The notes below the pieces were generated by a model, which was not told where the DNA came from, did not search any database, and saw nothing but the letters and a program-made list of their open reading frames with translations. DNA of 64,000 nucleotides, from positions 310,001 to 374,000 of the forward strand of contig JBPGPT010000010.1 of the NCBI GenBank assembly GCA_051047955.1, written 5' to 3'. A program made the position numbers and the translations under genes. Below are positions 51,219 through 64,000 of this stretch, piece by piece; the stretch's first letter is position 1; each line of letters begins with the position of its first letter. The stretch is from Cystobasidiomycetes sp. EMM_F5. Lineage: Eukaryota.

Positions 51219-52698
51219 TCAGGCATGCCAATACCTCTCTCCGAGACCCCACCAGTTGCTCGATGGAACACGATTGCGATGAGCGCCGGATGCCACATCG
51301 AGATTGGCCGTGGACCTCTCTGTTCCAGGCATAGATGCAGCACCATTGGGCAGTGGCTTTGGTATGCGGGACTCGATAAGTGCTCGTGCTTGAATTATAG
51401 CTCCATGTCGGGCTGTCTGATGGTGAGAGTTTGCAATGCGAATGACATCGTCTCGATAGAGGGCCTCTAGCCTTTCTGCCTTCTCGCGAGTGACGATGGC
51501 ATCGGACGCAGAACGAGCTTGTCCATGAATGACTTGCCATTGGACCGAAGCAGCGAGGATCTGGGATACGCGGAGCCCACTTCTGCGCGGTGCACAAATC
51601 ATTTCGTCCGTTGCGAGCCGTGGCGTAATCGGATTTGATGTCGCCCACACGAGGTTCTGTGTAGGCACACACTCTGCGTGCTCGGGGTCCTGGAGGAGTT
51701 GCGCTGCAGCCACAGACAGTTGCTCACGCAGCACTTGTCGTTCCACAGGGTCGATACCGACATAAGAGATTGGGATGTGCTGTAGATCACGCTGAGCAGC
51801 AACGAAAGCAGTGGTTACACTATCGCGCGCTGGAGGCATCGTCCAAGTCACCTCGGCCTGGCAGGCAGCGGTTCTGTCTCTCCACTGTTCTATTCTCTTC
51901 ACCCATTCGACGAAAACCTGCAACCGCTCCAAATTGAGGAAAGCTCGAACGGGTCGAGTACCTGCATGAGCTGGACAGCACAGGTATTGGACTGTCTCTG
52001 CACCCAAAGGCTGATCAGCGGGATGAAGCTGAGCAGAACTAGTCTTAGTTGTCTGTAATGGCGATGTGGCACTACCAGAGGCGACAATCGTCTCACCCTG
52101 CGGAGTCTGCACGTCTTGCAGATCTGTAGCGCTTGTCATGTTTGCCTCCGCAATGGGAGACGAATGGACCGAATCTCGAGAAACGGTCGCCTCAGTGGGC
52201 TGTTCCCCACTTCGATGCTGCTGAGCTTCTCTGATCATCTCTTCCGTAATTGTCCCGTCGTGATGCCAACAGAGGAACAGCGTTTGGACCTAAATGCCAC
52301 GGAGCGCTCAGCTATCCTGCATTGATGTTCTCCAGCATATATTTCATCATGTACAAGTAAGCCAAGGGGCATAGGATTCTTCAGCGGCCTTTTCAGGTTG
52401 AGTGTAGATACTATGACTTGTGCATCTGAGGAAATGTCATAAGCATGCGACAGCTAATGTATCGTCAGCAATTTACACGACACGCACTGCTAAGCTTAGT
52501 TTCGCCACGTTTCGTGTCGATAGCATTCAAGACGTCCTTTAGTCTCTGGATAGATGCTTCGCTCGCTCGTAGGGTTTTGCCGTTGTTCGTTCTAGGTGTG
52601 AGCCAGGCTGCTCGACGTGCTTCGAAGCCTGCTAGGGCTATCCCCGCAGGGTCTGTATCTTGCGATCCTTCACCCTCGTTCTGGCTGTCAAGTGGCAT
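51219..52698 (-). CDS. Protein with an N-terminal DUF4050/Gag1-like clamp region and an unrecognised C-terminal domain
   Basis: GFEARRAAWLTP...SIQRLKDVL, then spliced LKRPLKNPMPLGLL-VQTLFLCWHHDG, resembling the DUF4050 P-x-P-L...W-x-x-D-G motif. Continues in frame into ORF 51219-52238. Confidence 0.55.
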
Positions 52699-52992
52699 TC
52701 ATCCGTGAGTCAAGGAGTGTGAGTGAGCGTGAGCAAGGATATCAACCTAAAGAGAACAAACAAAGCCAGAATACTTCGTCTCTGAACATCGTTTTGGTGA
52801 TCGGGTCCTTCGACCAACGCCCTGAGAGGTCCTTAGCCTTGCCCTCGCGACAACCTGAACTTGCGGACAGGAGGTGCAAACTCAACGTCTATCTGAATCA
52901 AGCCGCTGCGACGGAGCTCTCTACCCTACTAACCCATACCGCCGTTCGGACGCTCGGTACACATTCATACATCAATTTAGAGACCCGTCAAG

Positions 52993-54091
52993 ATGGCACG
53001 TAATGAGGAGAAAGCGCAGTCAATGCTGTACCGGTTCCGGCAGGCAAAGGCTATGGAGATGGGTCTTATAACAAATCAGGACCGTCGGCCTCGGATTGCT
53101 GCAATGTGCAAAGATCTACGACAATGCGAGCGATGGAGGGGAGAGATCCTGCGAGAAATCAGTCGTAAGGTGTCCAAGATTCAGGACTATGGCCTCACAG
53201 ACTATGAAGTACGGGATCTCAACGACGAAATCAACAAGCTCATGCGAGAAAAGTCACACTGGGAGAATCAGATTGTGGCACTGGGAGGAGCAAATTACAA
53301 GCGGGCTGCACCAGCTATGCGAGGTGCAGATGGACGTGAAGTGCCGGGAATGCGTGGATACAAGTACTTTGGCAGAGCTAGGGAGTTGCCGGGCGTGAAG
53401 GAGCTGTTCGAATCGGCAAAGGAGGACCAGGATGAACTGCTCAGTCATCGCAAGCAGCGGTATGCAAAGTATGAGAATGCTGGACCAGAGTACTATGGCG
53501 AACTGGATGAGCAAACGCAGGCGGCCTTACTGGCAGAGGAGAAACAGGCTGAGCAAGAGGGTGCGCCAGATACGGTCATTGATACTGAGTTGTAACCTGA
53601 CATCGACTGCTTTCACAGAATGGCAAGACGCACTAGCAGATGTCGCTGAAACGTTGGATGTGGATGTCGACTCGCTTGGCCTTCCTGACATGCCAACGCC
53701 AGATTATGTGTCTTTACCTGGTCCTTCCAATATCATGCCAAAATCAACCAGCAATGATATTCCGCCGCCCCCACCTCCCGATGACGACGACGAAGAAGAT
53801 TCGAACCATGACGACACTGCTGAGGATGCCGCAGTTGACGCAGGCGGGGCAAGTAAGACTCGTTCAGGCAAGCGGAAGCAGACTGCTTCGAGCAAGACCG
53901 GTGGGACTGTCGCGAAAGCAGCCAAGATACAAACGGATAGTGTAGCGGCGAAATCAGCAGCCAATGCGAATCGGATATACACCGTTATTCGCGAAGAGGA
54001 TTTCCGACGGCCTGAACTACCATCCTTGTCGGACCTCGAAGCGTTCCTCGTCGACAGGCAAAAGCAAGAGCTGCTTAGCGAGTATATCTGA
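52993..54091 (+). CDS. ISY1: Pre-mRNA-splicing factor Isy1 (NineTeen complex)
   Basis: MARNEEKAQSMLYRFR, CERWRGEILREISRKVSKIQD, VRDLNDEINKLMREK, GYKYFGRARELPGVKELF. One intron; C-terminus LVDRQKQELLSEYI. Confidence 0.97.
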
Positions 54092-54212
54092 TGAATGGAG
54101 TTGTAACAAGATATGCGCAAGCTGCTGGATGTTAGTGTACTATACAGGAGTTTGCAATGCAAGGCGTCTACATCAATTTTACCAAACGAATGCCTACTGC
54201 GAATGAAGTATT

Positions 54213-56058
54213 TTACGTCCAAGTTTTCCGTTTCTTTCTCTTTCTCTCCACCTTGCGAGTAATGATGCGTTTTCTCTCCAGTTTTCGCAAGGCTTTCGCT
54301 CCACCTATATAAAACGCCAGGCCGCCGGGCTTTTGGACACGGCCTCGGCCTCCGATAGAACTGCTCCTAACCAGCTGCGGATGCCTCGCTCTCCATCTGA
54401 TCCGCCGCAATTCCACAGCCTGAGCAAGCGCCCTCTTCTTGACCTGGTTCTTGGACGTTGACAATTCAGTCGAGCTTCGGTGCTGTACGTCGAAAAATGC
54501 AGATACGAATGTTGAGACCTGTAAGGAGGTAGGAGAGTTGGGATCCAGTATTGCTGGAAGACCCGTGCCAGGAGTAGAAACAAGGGCAAGCGATTCTTCC
54601 GTAGCTGGATCTGGCAAGAGTCGCTGATGTACAGAAGCCAGGGCAAGATGCTTAGCCTTTTCTGCAGGCAAGTTGAGATTCGGCTCGGGTAGCGAGGCCA
54701 GATTTTCAGCGCCAGTAAACAGCAGGCCCATATCATCCAACGCCCAGAGGCCGAGTTTGCCTTCCCGAAAAGCGGTAATGAACGCACGAGCTGCATATTC
54801 TTCATTGGCAACGCCTCCCTTTTGCAAGAAGCCCATTCTGGTAGCAATTGCGTGTAACAGTGCTTGGATATCGTTCGTGGGTATGATGTTTGAATAAGGT
54901 TGTAGAAAAACAGCTGCGATGACCAATCTACATTCAGCTTGAATTGAGCAAGGCTTATTCTGGCCAACACTCACGCAAATCCTCGAGCCTAGTGACGAAG
55001 GCGGGATTAAAGTAGCGCAGATTGATTTTATATAGAAGAAAGTCCGCCAACATCAGACTGTCGTACAAGCTTTCCTTCAGTCCAGCTGAGATCGAATCGT
55101 CAGCTTGCCCCCTCGTCTGTGGTTATCCGGCCAAGCCTACAGGAAAGAGCCAGCTTGATGCCCTTTTCAGCTGCAGCCTCGTCGTTCCCCAGATACGGTA
55201 CCATGATACCGGGAGTATCGTATATATATGTCGGCGGGTCGTCCCAAACCCGTACCGTTCCAGTCAGTTTCCGAGTCGTCCCTGCTTGCATCCCCGTTTG
55301 TTGCGCTTTACCTAAAGCATGATTTTGAGACACCTCAGCTATTTAAAGGTCCACAAGGTGTGTCAAGCTACGCCTACCTCTTCGGACTCCCACTCTCCGC
55401 AAAGCGTTTAAAAGCGATGATTTGCCAACATTGGGCATGCCCGCAATCATGAAGCGATACTGTTCCGGTTGCCGCGACGGCGAGTCAGGGAAGTCAGCAT
55501 GCGCGAACTCTGCAAAGATCATTGTGCGTTGTTAGTAAAGATAATTCTGGCTCAAACAGCAAACATAGCTCGAGATGTCTAGAAATTAGCTCACTGAGGG
55601 CTGTCTGGAGAAGATGGCGAACGTCCTGGTCATTCCTGCTGTCAGTAAACACCGAAAGCTGTCCAGCGTGTTGCAGTAGTGCTCTTTGTATTGGCTGAAT
55701 CACGAAGAAGAGGCAGAGAAAGGTAGCGCATTGAATCAATACAACGGTTTTCGTAGATAGCTACAGTATTGTATCTAAAACGCACCCTCTCCAGTGCTGG
55801 CTCCGCTAGATCCCGCCTATTATAGACTATCAATCTTTTCTTGCCGCTCTTTTTTGCTAGACCTCTATCGCTTCCAAAGAGGTTTTCGAAAGCCGGATTG
55901 ATGCTCGTCAGCGGCAGACGTGCGTCCCGTACTTCGAGCACAAGGTCGATAGCGTTGAGTGTTTCCTGTATGCGCCGGACTGCCCGGTGCATATGACCGA
56001 TGTACCATGATGGAGCGGTCGCGGGAAATGGAAATCGCGGTCGTGGCACGAAGGCCAT
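54213..56058 (-). CDS. MTG1: Mitochondrial ribosome-associated GTPase 1 (circularly permuted RbgA/YlqF family)
   Basis: SWYIGHM, DLVLEVRDARLPLTSINP, IVYNRRDL (G4 motif before G1), GMPNVGKSSLLNALR, GTTR (G2), YIYDTPGIMVP (G3). Confidence 0.93.
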
Positions 56059-56250
56059 AGCGACATTGTCCCTAGTTGCTGCGCTGTAGAAGCTGCCGGT
56101 ATTCCGACAGTGTTTCGGTGTGTTGCCAGCGAGCAGCCACCAGTCGGAACAGTCGGATCCGATGATGCCGCAAGTCGCACTCGGAACTTGGCTGCAACTA
56201 ACTGCCAGAATATCGGAAATCTGTCCCGTATATCAGCTGCATACCGCATC

Positions 56251-57546
56251 ATGTCGTCCTCTCTCGAAAAGCTGTCTTCCAATCAAGCCTGGGGAGGTGT
56301 CATTACGAAATACAAGCTCGCTTCGAGTTCGGCTCTGGGAGGTCTGGCTACGCAATTCAACGTATACATTCCGCCAGCTGCAGAGAAAGGCAGCAAAGTT
56401 CCAGTATGTGGACTCCGCCTATGCTTGACTTGCGGTTCAATTCTGACCCTCTCGGCTCGTGCCAGGTCCTGTACTACCTTGCTGGTCTGACATGCACTGA
56501 GGACACCGGAGCACAGAAAGGTGGCTTCTTGAAAGATGCTTCGGAACATGGTCTCGCTATCGTCTTCCCTGATACGTCTCCCAGAGGAGCCGGAATTCAG
56601 GGAGAGGAGGACGACTGGGTACGGACAAGTCGCATGAAAGGGTCTAGGTTAATACTAACGTACGCCTGAGGCAGGACATTGGAACAGCCGCTGGCTTCTA
56701 TCTCAATGCAACAAATGACAAATGGAGCAAGCATTACAATATGTGCGCCAGAGAGGCGAAGGATCTTTTAGCCAATGCTGACGGATTGGGATGACTGCAG
56801 GGAGAAGTTCATTACCGAAGAGCTGCCCAAATCACTCAAGGACCTTCCTATCGTGAGTCACTTGTACCAAAGGGAATGTCACAGCTAATGGTGATCCTGC
56901 CGCAGGACACATCGCGAGCTTCAGTCTTTGGTCACTCTATGGTAGGCTGGCATGACGCGCTATTCCGGCGCAGTTAACTTACGTTTATATGTACTATGCG
57001 TAGGGCGGACACGGAGCATTAACGCTATACCTAAAGTACCCCAGTCTGTACAAATCTGCATCCGCCTTCGCACCCATCTGTAATCCTGTAAACGCGCCAT
57101 GGGGCAAGAAGGCATTCGCTGGACCGAACGGCAACGATGGCTACCTTGCTGGCGGTGTTGAAGAGGGCAAGAAGCACGACGCCACGGAGTTGATTGCTGC
57201 TGCCAAGGGCAAAGATGTCAATATTCTCGTAGATTCTGGCACTGCAGACGATTTGTGAGTGGGGGATTGGCTGTATACGGGAACAAGTGTTGAAGACTGT
57301 GTCATACAGCTACAAGAAGGGTCAACTCCTACCTGAAAACTTCCAAGCGGCAGTCGACAAGGCTGGCTTGTCGAGCGGTGTTTCTGTCAATCTCCGAGAG
57401 GGATACGATCACAGGTATGGCATAAGCTAACATGGAGTCGGTAGAGTGCTGACGTCCCCTTCATCTGCTCCATCAACAGCTACTGGTTCATTCAGACATT
57501 TGGACCGGATCACATTGCTTTCCATGCCAAATTCCTGAAAGCGTAG
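56251..57546 (+). CDS. ESD: S-formylglutathione hydrolase (esterase D), about 9 exons
   Basis: FNVYIP, VLYYLAGLTCTEDT, FPDTSPRGAGI, GTAAGFYLNAT, nucleophile motif FGHSM-GGHGAL, SASAFAPICNP, GQLLPENF, GYDHS-YWFIQTF. Confidence 0.95.
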
Positions 57547-57806
57547 ACGGGCTGTACGCCGTAGAGAATACTAGAGATGAGTCGTATGTGAAGCATAGCC
57601 AACAGCGCAACATTACTGCAAGCTTGTCGTCGTGCTTTACTTTCTTCGTAACTTGCCACGTGCTTGTGTTTGGCGCGCTTGGCCGACAGTTTCAAGGTTT
57701 GAGCGGTCTGTGCGGCAGCAGCAGCCTTGATATTCCCAACATACTGCTGCTCCTGTTGCTGCATAATACTGCTCACTGGACCCTGCCTCTGCTGTGACGG
57801 CCAGCC

Positions 57807-59269
57807 ATGGTGAGCTGCGTCCTCAGTGACGGCGCGCCCGTCCGAAATGTCAAAACAATGCATGAAACTGACTGAAAAGTGCTCGGCTGCTAGGTCTGGT
57901 CACGGGACCGCTGCTGCATAGCGGTGCCGCTGTAGTGAGTACCCTTCACTTGTACGCTCGCATCAGTGCACTAATTGCTAGATGCTCTTCGTCTTGTGTT
58001 GCGTTACCGACCGCGTTGCCATCTGTAGCAATGCAGGCATCTACGGCATCATCGCCCAATTCGCAGTCATCTCGCTCGTCACTGGCGTGCTGTCGTTTGC
58101 TGCGCCCTACATCGTGGCCCTGTCCATCCCTTCATTCGGCAGCTATGTCCTCGGCGCCGTCTGCATCGTCATATTTGGGCTGCAAGGATGGGGCTTCTTT
58201 GGCGTCTTCAAGGAAAAGCCAGCTACATATCGCAAGTTGTGAGCATACGTGCATGTATCGCTGACGGGAAGACGGGAATGCGACGGCTCATCCTTCCTGC
58301 TCTAAACAGTGTGGCGGTCAATTCGGTCGCTATCGCGCTAGCCTTCGTTTTGGCCCTCGTATGGATCATTCTATCAGCTGTCCGGCATAGCGCAGCTACA
58401 ACGCACTGCGTAGATCAATTCATCACAAACAGCGACGCAAACACGACTACTTCGACGGACGGATCGCTCGTAAAGGTGTCTGCAGATACGGTCAATGGAC
58501 ATACACTGTGCTCCATCTTTACATGGGTGCAGTTGGGCGTCATGGGAGGGCTATGGATTGCCCTGGTCATTCTCGAGTTTTACTTTGCCATGATGAGCAG
58601 GATATACGGGACGGAGCAGCGCCAGGATCATAAGCGGTACAACAGGTTAGGCGGTCATTGTGTTTGATCGTTGGTGAATCTTGCTGAATATGAAGCACTC
58701 TCTATGCTTCCAGCATCTTCACTGAGCAAAGGCAGTCTTTTTTGCGAAACTCCGTTATGTGGGAGAATGGTCGTCAATCGATGGAGGATCCCCCATTACC
58801 GCCCAGTGCTCACGGCCGGACATTCAGCACAGTGTCCAAGTCGTCTGGTCTGCGCAACGAGATGAAGATTGCCAACGAAGACGAGGACGACGGAGCTGCG
58901 GATATGTCAATGCAAAGTGCGACTGGGGAAAGAAGCGCTCTAAACGGCAAACATCAGCACTATCGCCAAGCTTCCGATGCTGAAAAGTCCTTTTCGAGCA
59001 TCACTGATGCGGCAGGATATCAGAGTACTCCGCTCTATTCTTCCCCTGTCAAAGCAGCGTATGGCCATGGTTACACCAACAGCAGGAGTAATTTGGCGCC
59101 AGTCGATTCCGCTCCGGCGCTTCAAAACCAGCATCAGCCGTATACTCATCAATCAGCGTATAGCGGTCAATACGATCAGCAGCATCATCGACATCAGGAG
59201 CAGCCGAGATACGATGACCCAAGGCGGTCGGCCGTCGCAGAAGACTTTGCAGATTACTATGCTCGCTGA
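57807..59269 (+). CDS. Four-TM (tetraspanin-like) fungal membrane protein with a disordered C-terminal tail
   Basis: Spliced M-VWSRDRCCIAVPLY-NAGIYGIIAQF..., several hydrophobic helices, and two Cys (HC...LC) in the loop before the last TM segment. Confidence 0.65.
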
Positions 59270-59503
59270 AGGACATGAGAATGTAGCTCGCATCCCATGT
59301 AGATGTACAGAACTTGTATGCGAAGATGTCACACTCGGAAACCATGCTCGTGCGCTCTTCCTCACGCAAACTTGCAATTCGGTCGGCTTCGCAAGAGCAT
59401 GCGCGACTATCCTGTCATTACTGCGAGCTGTTGGTATCTGCTCCACAGGTAGTCCTGACTTCGACATGGATTGACCGGTCGCAAGAGTACCCGACTATCG
59501 TCA

Positions 59504-60719
59504 ATGGCTTTCCAGTCGCCGCCGACGCAGTACGGCGTACCTGCGGGGGATACCACGCATTCACTTGATGGAGCAGTATGGCCTCCCGTGTCCACGTCGT
59601 CTTACCCGTACGGCCTGGCCGCGTATACCAATTCGCAAGGCCAGACTCACCCGGATCTGCCGAGCGAACCTCCAGGTTACGATGGTACGCCGAGGCAACA
59701 TTATGGTGATGAAAGGTCACTGTACTGACTGATGTTCTTTCTCAGAATTCGAATTCTCGTTCCCCGAAGAATTGTCGCCGTCTATGTTCAGTTTACCGTT
59801 GATGTCCAGCTATCATGATAACGCCTCGTCCGTACCGCCAACGCCGACCTTCTCTGTGTTTGGAGGATTCAACAACGGTCTCTCGTCAGTCCCGGCCTCT
59901 CCTGTCCGGCCAGGCTTCCTGTCCACTTCCGCTTCACCTCTAGCATTGCCGACCAATCCTCAACAAGCTCAATCTCAATCCATTTCACACTCCGTTGTCA
60001 CCGCGCAGACGATAGTCAACAAGGAAAATGCATCTCGAGATACTCGGTTCGCTCAGAGGCTCTTTCAAGATGACGAACAGAATTCGCTCGATACATTCTT
60101 CTCGCAGCAATTGTACGTCCAGCCAGGAATGAGCGAATCGCCTGTCGAGAGGGAGCAGGCTACGTCTACGGAAACCAAGAGAAAGTCTGTTCATAGCAAG
60201 AATGCGAAAGGCTCGACTGCTAAAGTTGCCATCCAAGGTAGCAACGCCAAAGTCAACGATGGGGACAACGAGCCTACACTTCAGCCACCATCGAAGCGAG
60301 TCAAGACGATCGCTGCCAATGACAAAATCGGTGTCAAGGCTGAGGATGGTGCGTCCCTGTCGCCAAGCGATCAAGAACACGCACCGAAACGAGGAGGCAA
60401 GCGTTCCAATCACATTGCCTCAGAACAGCGACGACGGTCGACTATAAAGGACAATTACAAGGCGTTAGTCGATATACTACTAGCCGGAGAAGAGTCGAGC
60501 GGAATAACACTAGCCAACGCGGGAGAAGGCGATGACGCGCCAGGTGAAAGTAAGAAGAGTAAAGCCAAAGGTCGGGGACGAGGACGGAAAGGACAAGATG
60601 GAGCAGGTGCAACGAAGAGTGTCGTGCTCGATCGAGTAGCCGCGTATATTCGCTGGCTGGAGAGGGGCAACGAGGCATTACAGACGGAGATTGGACGACT
60701 GGAGGTTGCAAAGACCTAG
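59504..60719 (+). CDS. bHLH transcription factor (Ino4/Mlx-like basic region)
   Basis: KRSNHIASEQRRRSTIKDNYKALVDIL ... ATKSVVLDRVAAYIRWLERGNEALQTEIGRLE (H-x3-E-x3-R E-box-binding signature). One intron near 59685-59746. Confidence 0.85.
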
Positions 60720-61007
60720 TTGTTACCAGGGGCAGTACTATAAGTTTATCATTCTGTAGCCATTATGTGGGAATAGATGCTGTTGCGACGTTGGCCTTGC
60801 TTTGTAAATTCATCTATGTGCGCAAGGACGCTTGATTTGTGCTGCTCCCATAATCTGCGTTTTGCTCCGGAACGACTTCAACACCTGCTGCATTCCACAT
60901 CTATACTTGCGACAAGGCTGTGTGACATCAAAGACGACTCTCTGTTTGCCTGGACACATCTGCCTGCCGTTCAGTGATTTTTGGGCAGGACTGTTGATCA
61001 GGTCGCC

Positions 61008-62952
61008 ATGGCCGGACGTATGGTGCGTACAGCGTATAGACCAGTATTCAGTGCAGACATTGTGACTGACCTGCACACCCGTTCCTACTTGCTTGCGCAT
61101 GGAATTCAGCAACCACAAATTCTCATCCTCCGCGAAGGGACCGACCAGTCTCAAGGCAAAGGCGCATTATTGAGCAACATCAGCGCATGTCTAGCGGTGG
61201 TTAATTGCGTAGCTACAACGCTCGGGCCGCGCGGGTCCGATAAGCTGATTGTCGACAGCCGGGGTGAAGCGACAATCAGCAATGATGGAGCGACAATTAT
61301 GAAATTATTGGACATTATCCACCCCGCTGCGAAAACGCTTGTTGATATCGCGAGAGCGCAGGATGCAGAAGTTGGAGATGGAACGACGAGTGTGGTCTTG
61401 CTGGCGGGCGAATTGCTGAAGGAAAGCAGATCTTTCGTCGAGGATGGAGTCAGTCCGCATCTCATCATCAGAGGATACAGAAAAGCTCTACAACTAGCAC
61501 TAGGCAAGATTGAAGAGCTCGCCGTGAACATCGAAAAGTCTGACTCTGTGTGAGCTGTCATTATGCATCGTGTGCGTAACCGTGGAAGCTGACACCTGTC
61601 GTCCTACAACACAGTAAATTCCGAGATTTGCTCATGAAATGTGCCTCGACCGCCATGTCTTCCAAACTCATCTATGCCCAAAAACCCTTCTTCAGCAACA
61701 TGGTCGTCGATGCCGTTATGTCATTAGATCAGAATGACCTGGACGAAAAGCTGATTGGGATGAAGAAGATACCCGGCGGCGCTATGGAGGACTCATACTT
61801 GGTCAGAGGCGTTGCATTCAAGAAGACTTTCTCGTACGCTGGGTTCGAGCAACAACCGAAACACTTCAAGAATCCCAAAGTGTGCTGTTTGAATGTAGAA
61901 CTGGAACTCAAGGCAGAGCGGGATAATGCAGAGATCCGGATAGAGCAAGTGGACGTAAGTTCTCTGTTACTCACAGTCCTATCGAACAAGACTGATGGTC
62001 TATTTCAACAGGACTATCAATCCATCGTCGATGCAGAATGGAAAATCATCTACACCAAGCTAGAGGCTATTGCGAACACTGGAGCTAAAGTCGTGCTGTC
62101 CAGGTTACCTATTGGTGATCTGGCGACACAGTACTTTGCCGACCGTGATATCTTCTGTGCTGGACGAGTAGCGAATGACGATTTAAAACGCGTCGTTAAG
62201 GCAGTCGGTGGTCAAATACAGTCAACAACGTCGGACATTCGTGCGGAACACATCGGGACATGCGAACTCTTTGACGAGCGACAAATAGGCGGGGAGCGAT
62301 TCAACGTGTTTGAAGGGTGTCCAAACGCCAAGACGGCAACCATGATCCTGCGCGGTGGTGCCGAACAGTTTATTGCCGAAGTGGAACGATCATTACACGA
62401 CGCCATCATGATTGTCAAGAGGGCAATAAAGAACACGCATGTCGTAGCGGGCGGGGGAGCAGCGGAAATGGAATTGTCTAGATTCTTGCGAGAGAAGAGT
62501 AGGACGATAGAAGGCAAACAACAACTCATCATGGCTGCATTCGCCAAGGCGCTTGAGGTCATCCCGAGGCAATTGTGCGACAATGCAGGCATAGACGCCA
62601 CTGATATTCTCAACAAGCTACGAATGTTGCACGCTCGCGGCGAGACGTGGGCAGGCGTGGATGTTGAGAATGAGGGTGTCGCCAACAACATGGAGAAGTT
62701 CGTCTGGGAGCCAAGTGTTGTCAAGATCAATGCCCTCTCTGGCGCTTGCGAAGCTGCGTGTCTGATACTAAGGTAAGATGGATACTTCTTCGACAGTCCT
62801 CCACTAGCTGACATTCCTTCCTACCCTTCAGTGTGGACGAGACGGTCAAGAACCCTCAATCTGAAAAGCGTGATGCAGGCCCTCAAATGCCGCGTGGCGC
62901 GATGCGTGGTGCAGTCCGAGGGAGAGGTAGAGGCATGGGACGAGGGCGGTAG
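61008..62952 (+). CDS. CCT7: T-complex protein 1 subunit eta (CCT7)
   Basis: [79 protein letters not shown], and an RG-rich tail. Confidence 0.97.
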
Positions 62953-63117
62953 AAGGCATTGTCGGCAGTGATTCAATGTAGTTGCGTCGTTAGGGCAATG
63001 CAGTCCAATCCTGAAGATTTCGCAATGCAATTTCTACCACTTCGCCACGTCTGCGACGCAAGTGCTTTTCTACATTGAATGAGCGATACAATGCCGATAT
63101 AGGTGTTGATGTCATAA

Positions 63118-64000
63118 TTATGCCTCCTGTCCCTTTGGACGCTGATTTGGCTCGGGTTTGAAGGCTTGCAGACCGGTAATTGCCTTGCCTGAAGATTGAG
63201 ACAGAGACATGCTCAGCTGATTTACGCCAAAACTGTGTTCCCTGCTATCGCTTACCAAGGATGAGAGCGTGAATGTCGTGAGTTCCCTCGTCTGCGAAAG
63301 GGAAAGACATCTCAGCGCTTCCTGCCGCACAAGTGCGGCGTGAATATACACTGACAGGTATTGCAGATCCACAGGTTCTGGGCATGGCGACCAATATGAT
63401 ACTCGTCGACAATGCCGTTGCCACCGAGTACATCAAGAAGTATCCGTGCATGATCCAGAGACTTTCCGCAGTTGTTTCGCTTAAGCATAGAGATCATTTC
63501 TGGTGCATAGGTTCCTGCGTCTTTGAGTCGGCCAAGTTGAATTGCGCTGACCAGACCAAGTGTGGCTTCGACGTGTGCGTCTGCTAGCTTTTTCTGTATA
63601 AGTTGGAAGGAAGCTAGCGGTACGTTGAATTGGTATCGGTCGAGAGCGTAGTCTCTTGCACGCTCGATGCAGTCCTCCAGTGCTCCGAGCACGCCGTAAC
63701 TTATGCCGAAGCGGGCATTACTGTTGACGCATGTCAGCCGAAGGGAGCCATTGAACAATATTAAGCGACCTACTTCAGGCAGCTGAATGGCCCCTTTAAT
63801 CCAGAAACCTTCTCCAGCATATTGTCTTGTGGGACGTGTACATCTTCCATGTAGACTTGATACATGGACAATGACGATATGTCAGCTAGTTTCTTTCTTA
63901 ACACGGTTCTTGCGACTCACTTGACCCAGTAATACTAGCTCTCAGTGCCAATTTGTTCTTGATATGCGGTGCCGTCAAGCCTTTCGATCCCTTGTCCATC
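63118..64000 (-). CDS. GCDH: Glutaryl-CoA dehydrogenase, 3' part (5' end outside the window)
   Basis: [97 protein letters not shown]. Confidence 0.93.

Noticed and set aside
1..64000. rRNA, tRNA, spliceosomal snRNA, telomerase template, CRISPR array or mating-type pheromone/receptor genes
   Set aside because: None was recognisable by eye. Small or divergent ncRNAs cannot be excluded without a covariance-model search.

Overview
This is gene-dense eukaryotic (fungal) DNA. Short GT-AG introns (~50-70 nt) with CTRAC/CTAAC-type branch sites and very short intergenic gaps suggest a compact basidiomycete genome, possibly Pucciniomycotina-like (taxon is inference only). I reconstructed about 28 spliced genes by hand. 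Most are housekeeping: FAB1 (5' truncated), a Cup1-like LYR protein, UTP17, 14-3-3, RRP7, CDC7, SKI8/WDR61, YAE1, an ACBP-domain membrane protein, ESF2, RRP5, a KEL1/Tea1-like kelch protein, LSM3, ISY1, MTG1, S-formylglutathione hydrolase, a bHLH factor, CCT7 and glutaryl-CoA dehydrogenase (5' truncated). Four lineage-specific-looking elements sit among them. (1) A ~1,750-aa, 10-exon protein with seven tandem Mutator/WRKY-GCM1-like C2HC zinc-finger units, plus UIM and SIM motifs and no visible transposase catalytic domain. This is the best candidate for an undescribed system. (2) A 310-nt, highly structured intron in the 14-3-3 gene. (3) A tandem triplet of unknown two-domain proteins, one broken by a 5-bp duplication. 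(4) A pair of paralogous small alpha/beta (receiver/flavodoxin-like) proteins with RRxS tails. I found no rRNA, tRNA, CRISPR array or intact transposon. Exon boundaries were read by eye and need RNA-seq confirmation; family assignments come from remembered motifs, not database searches.
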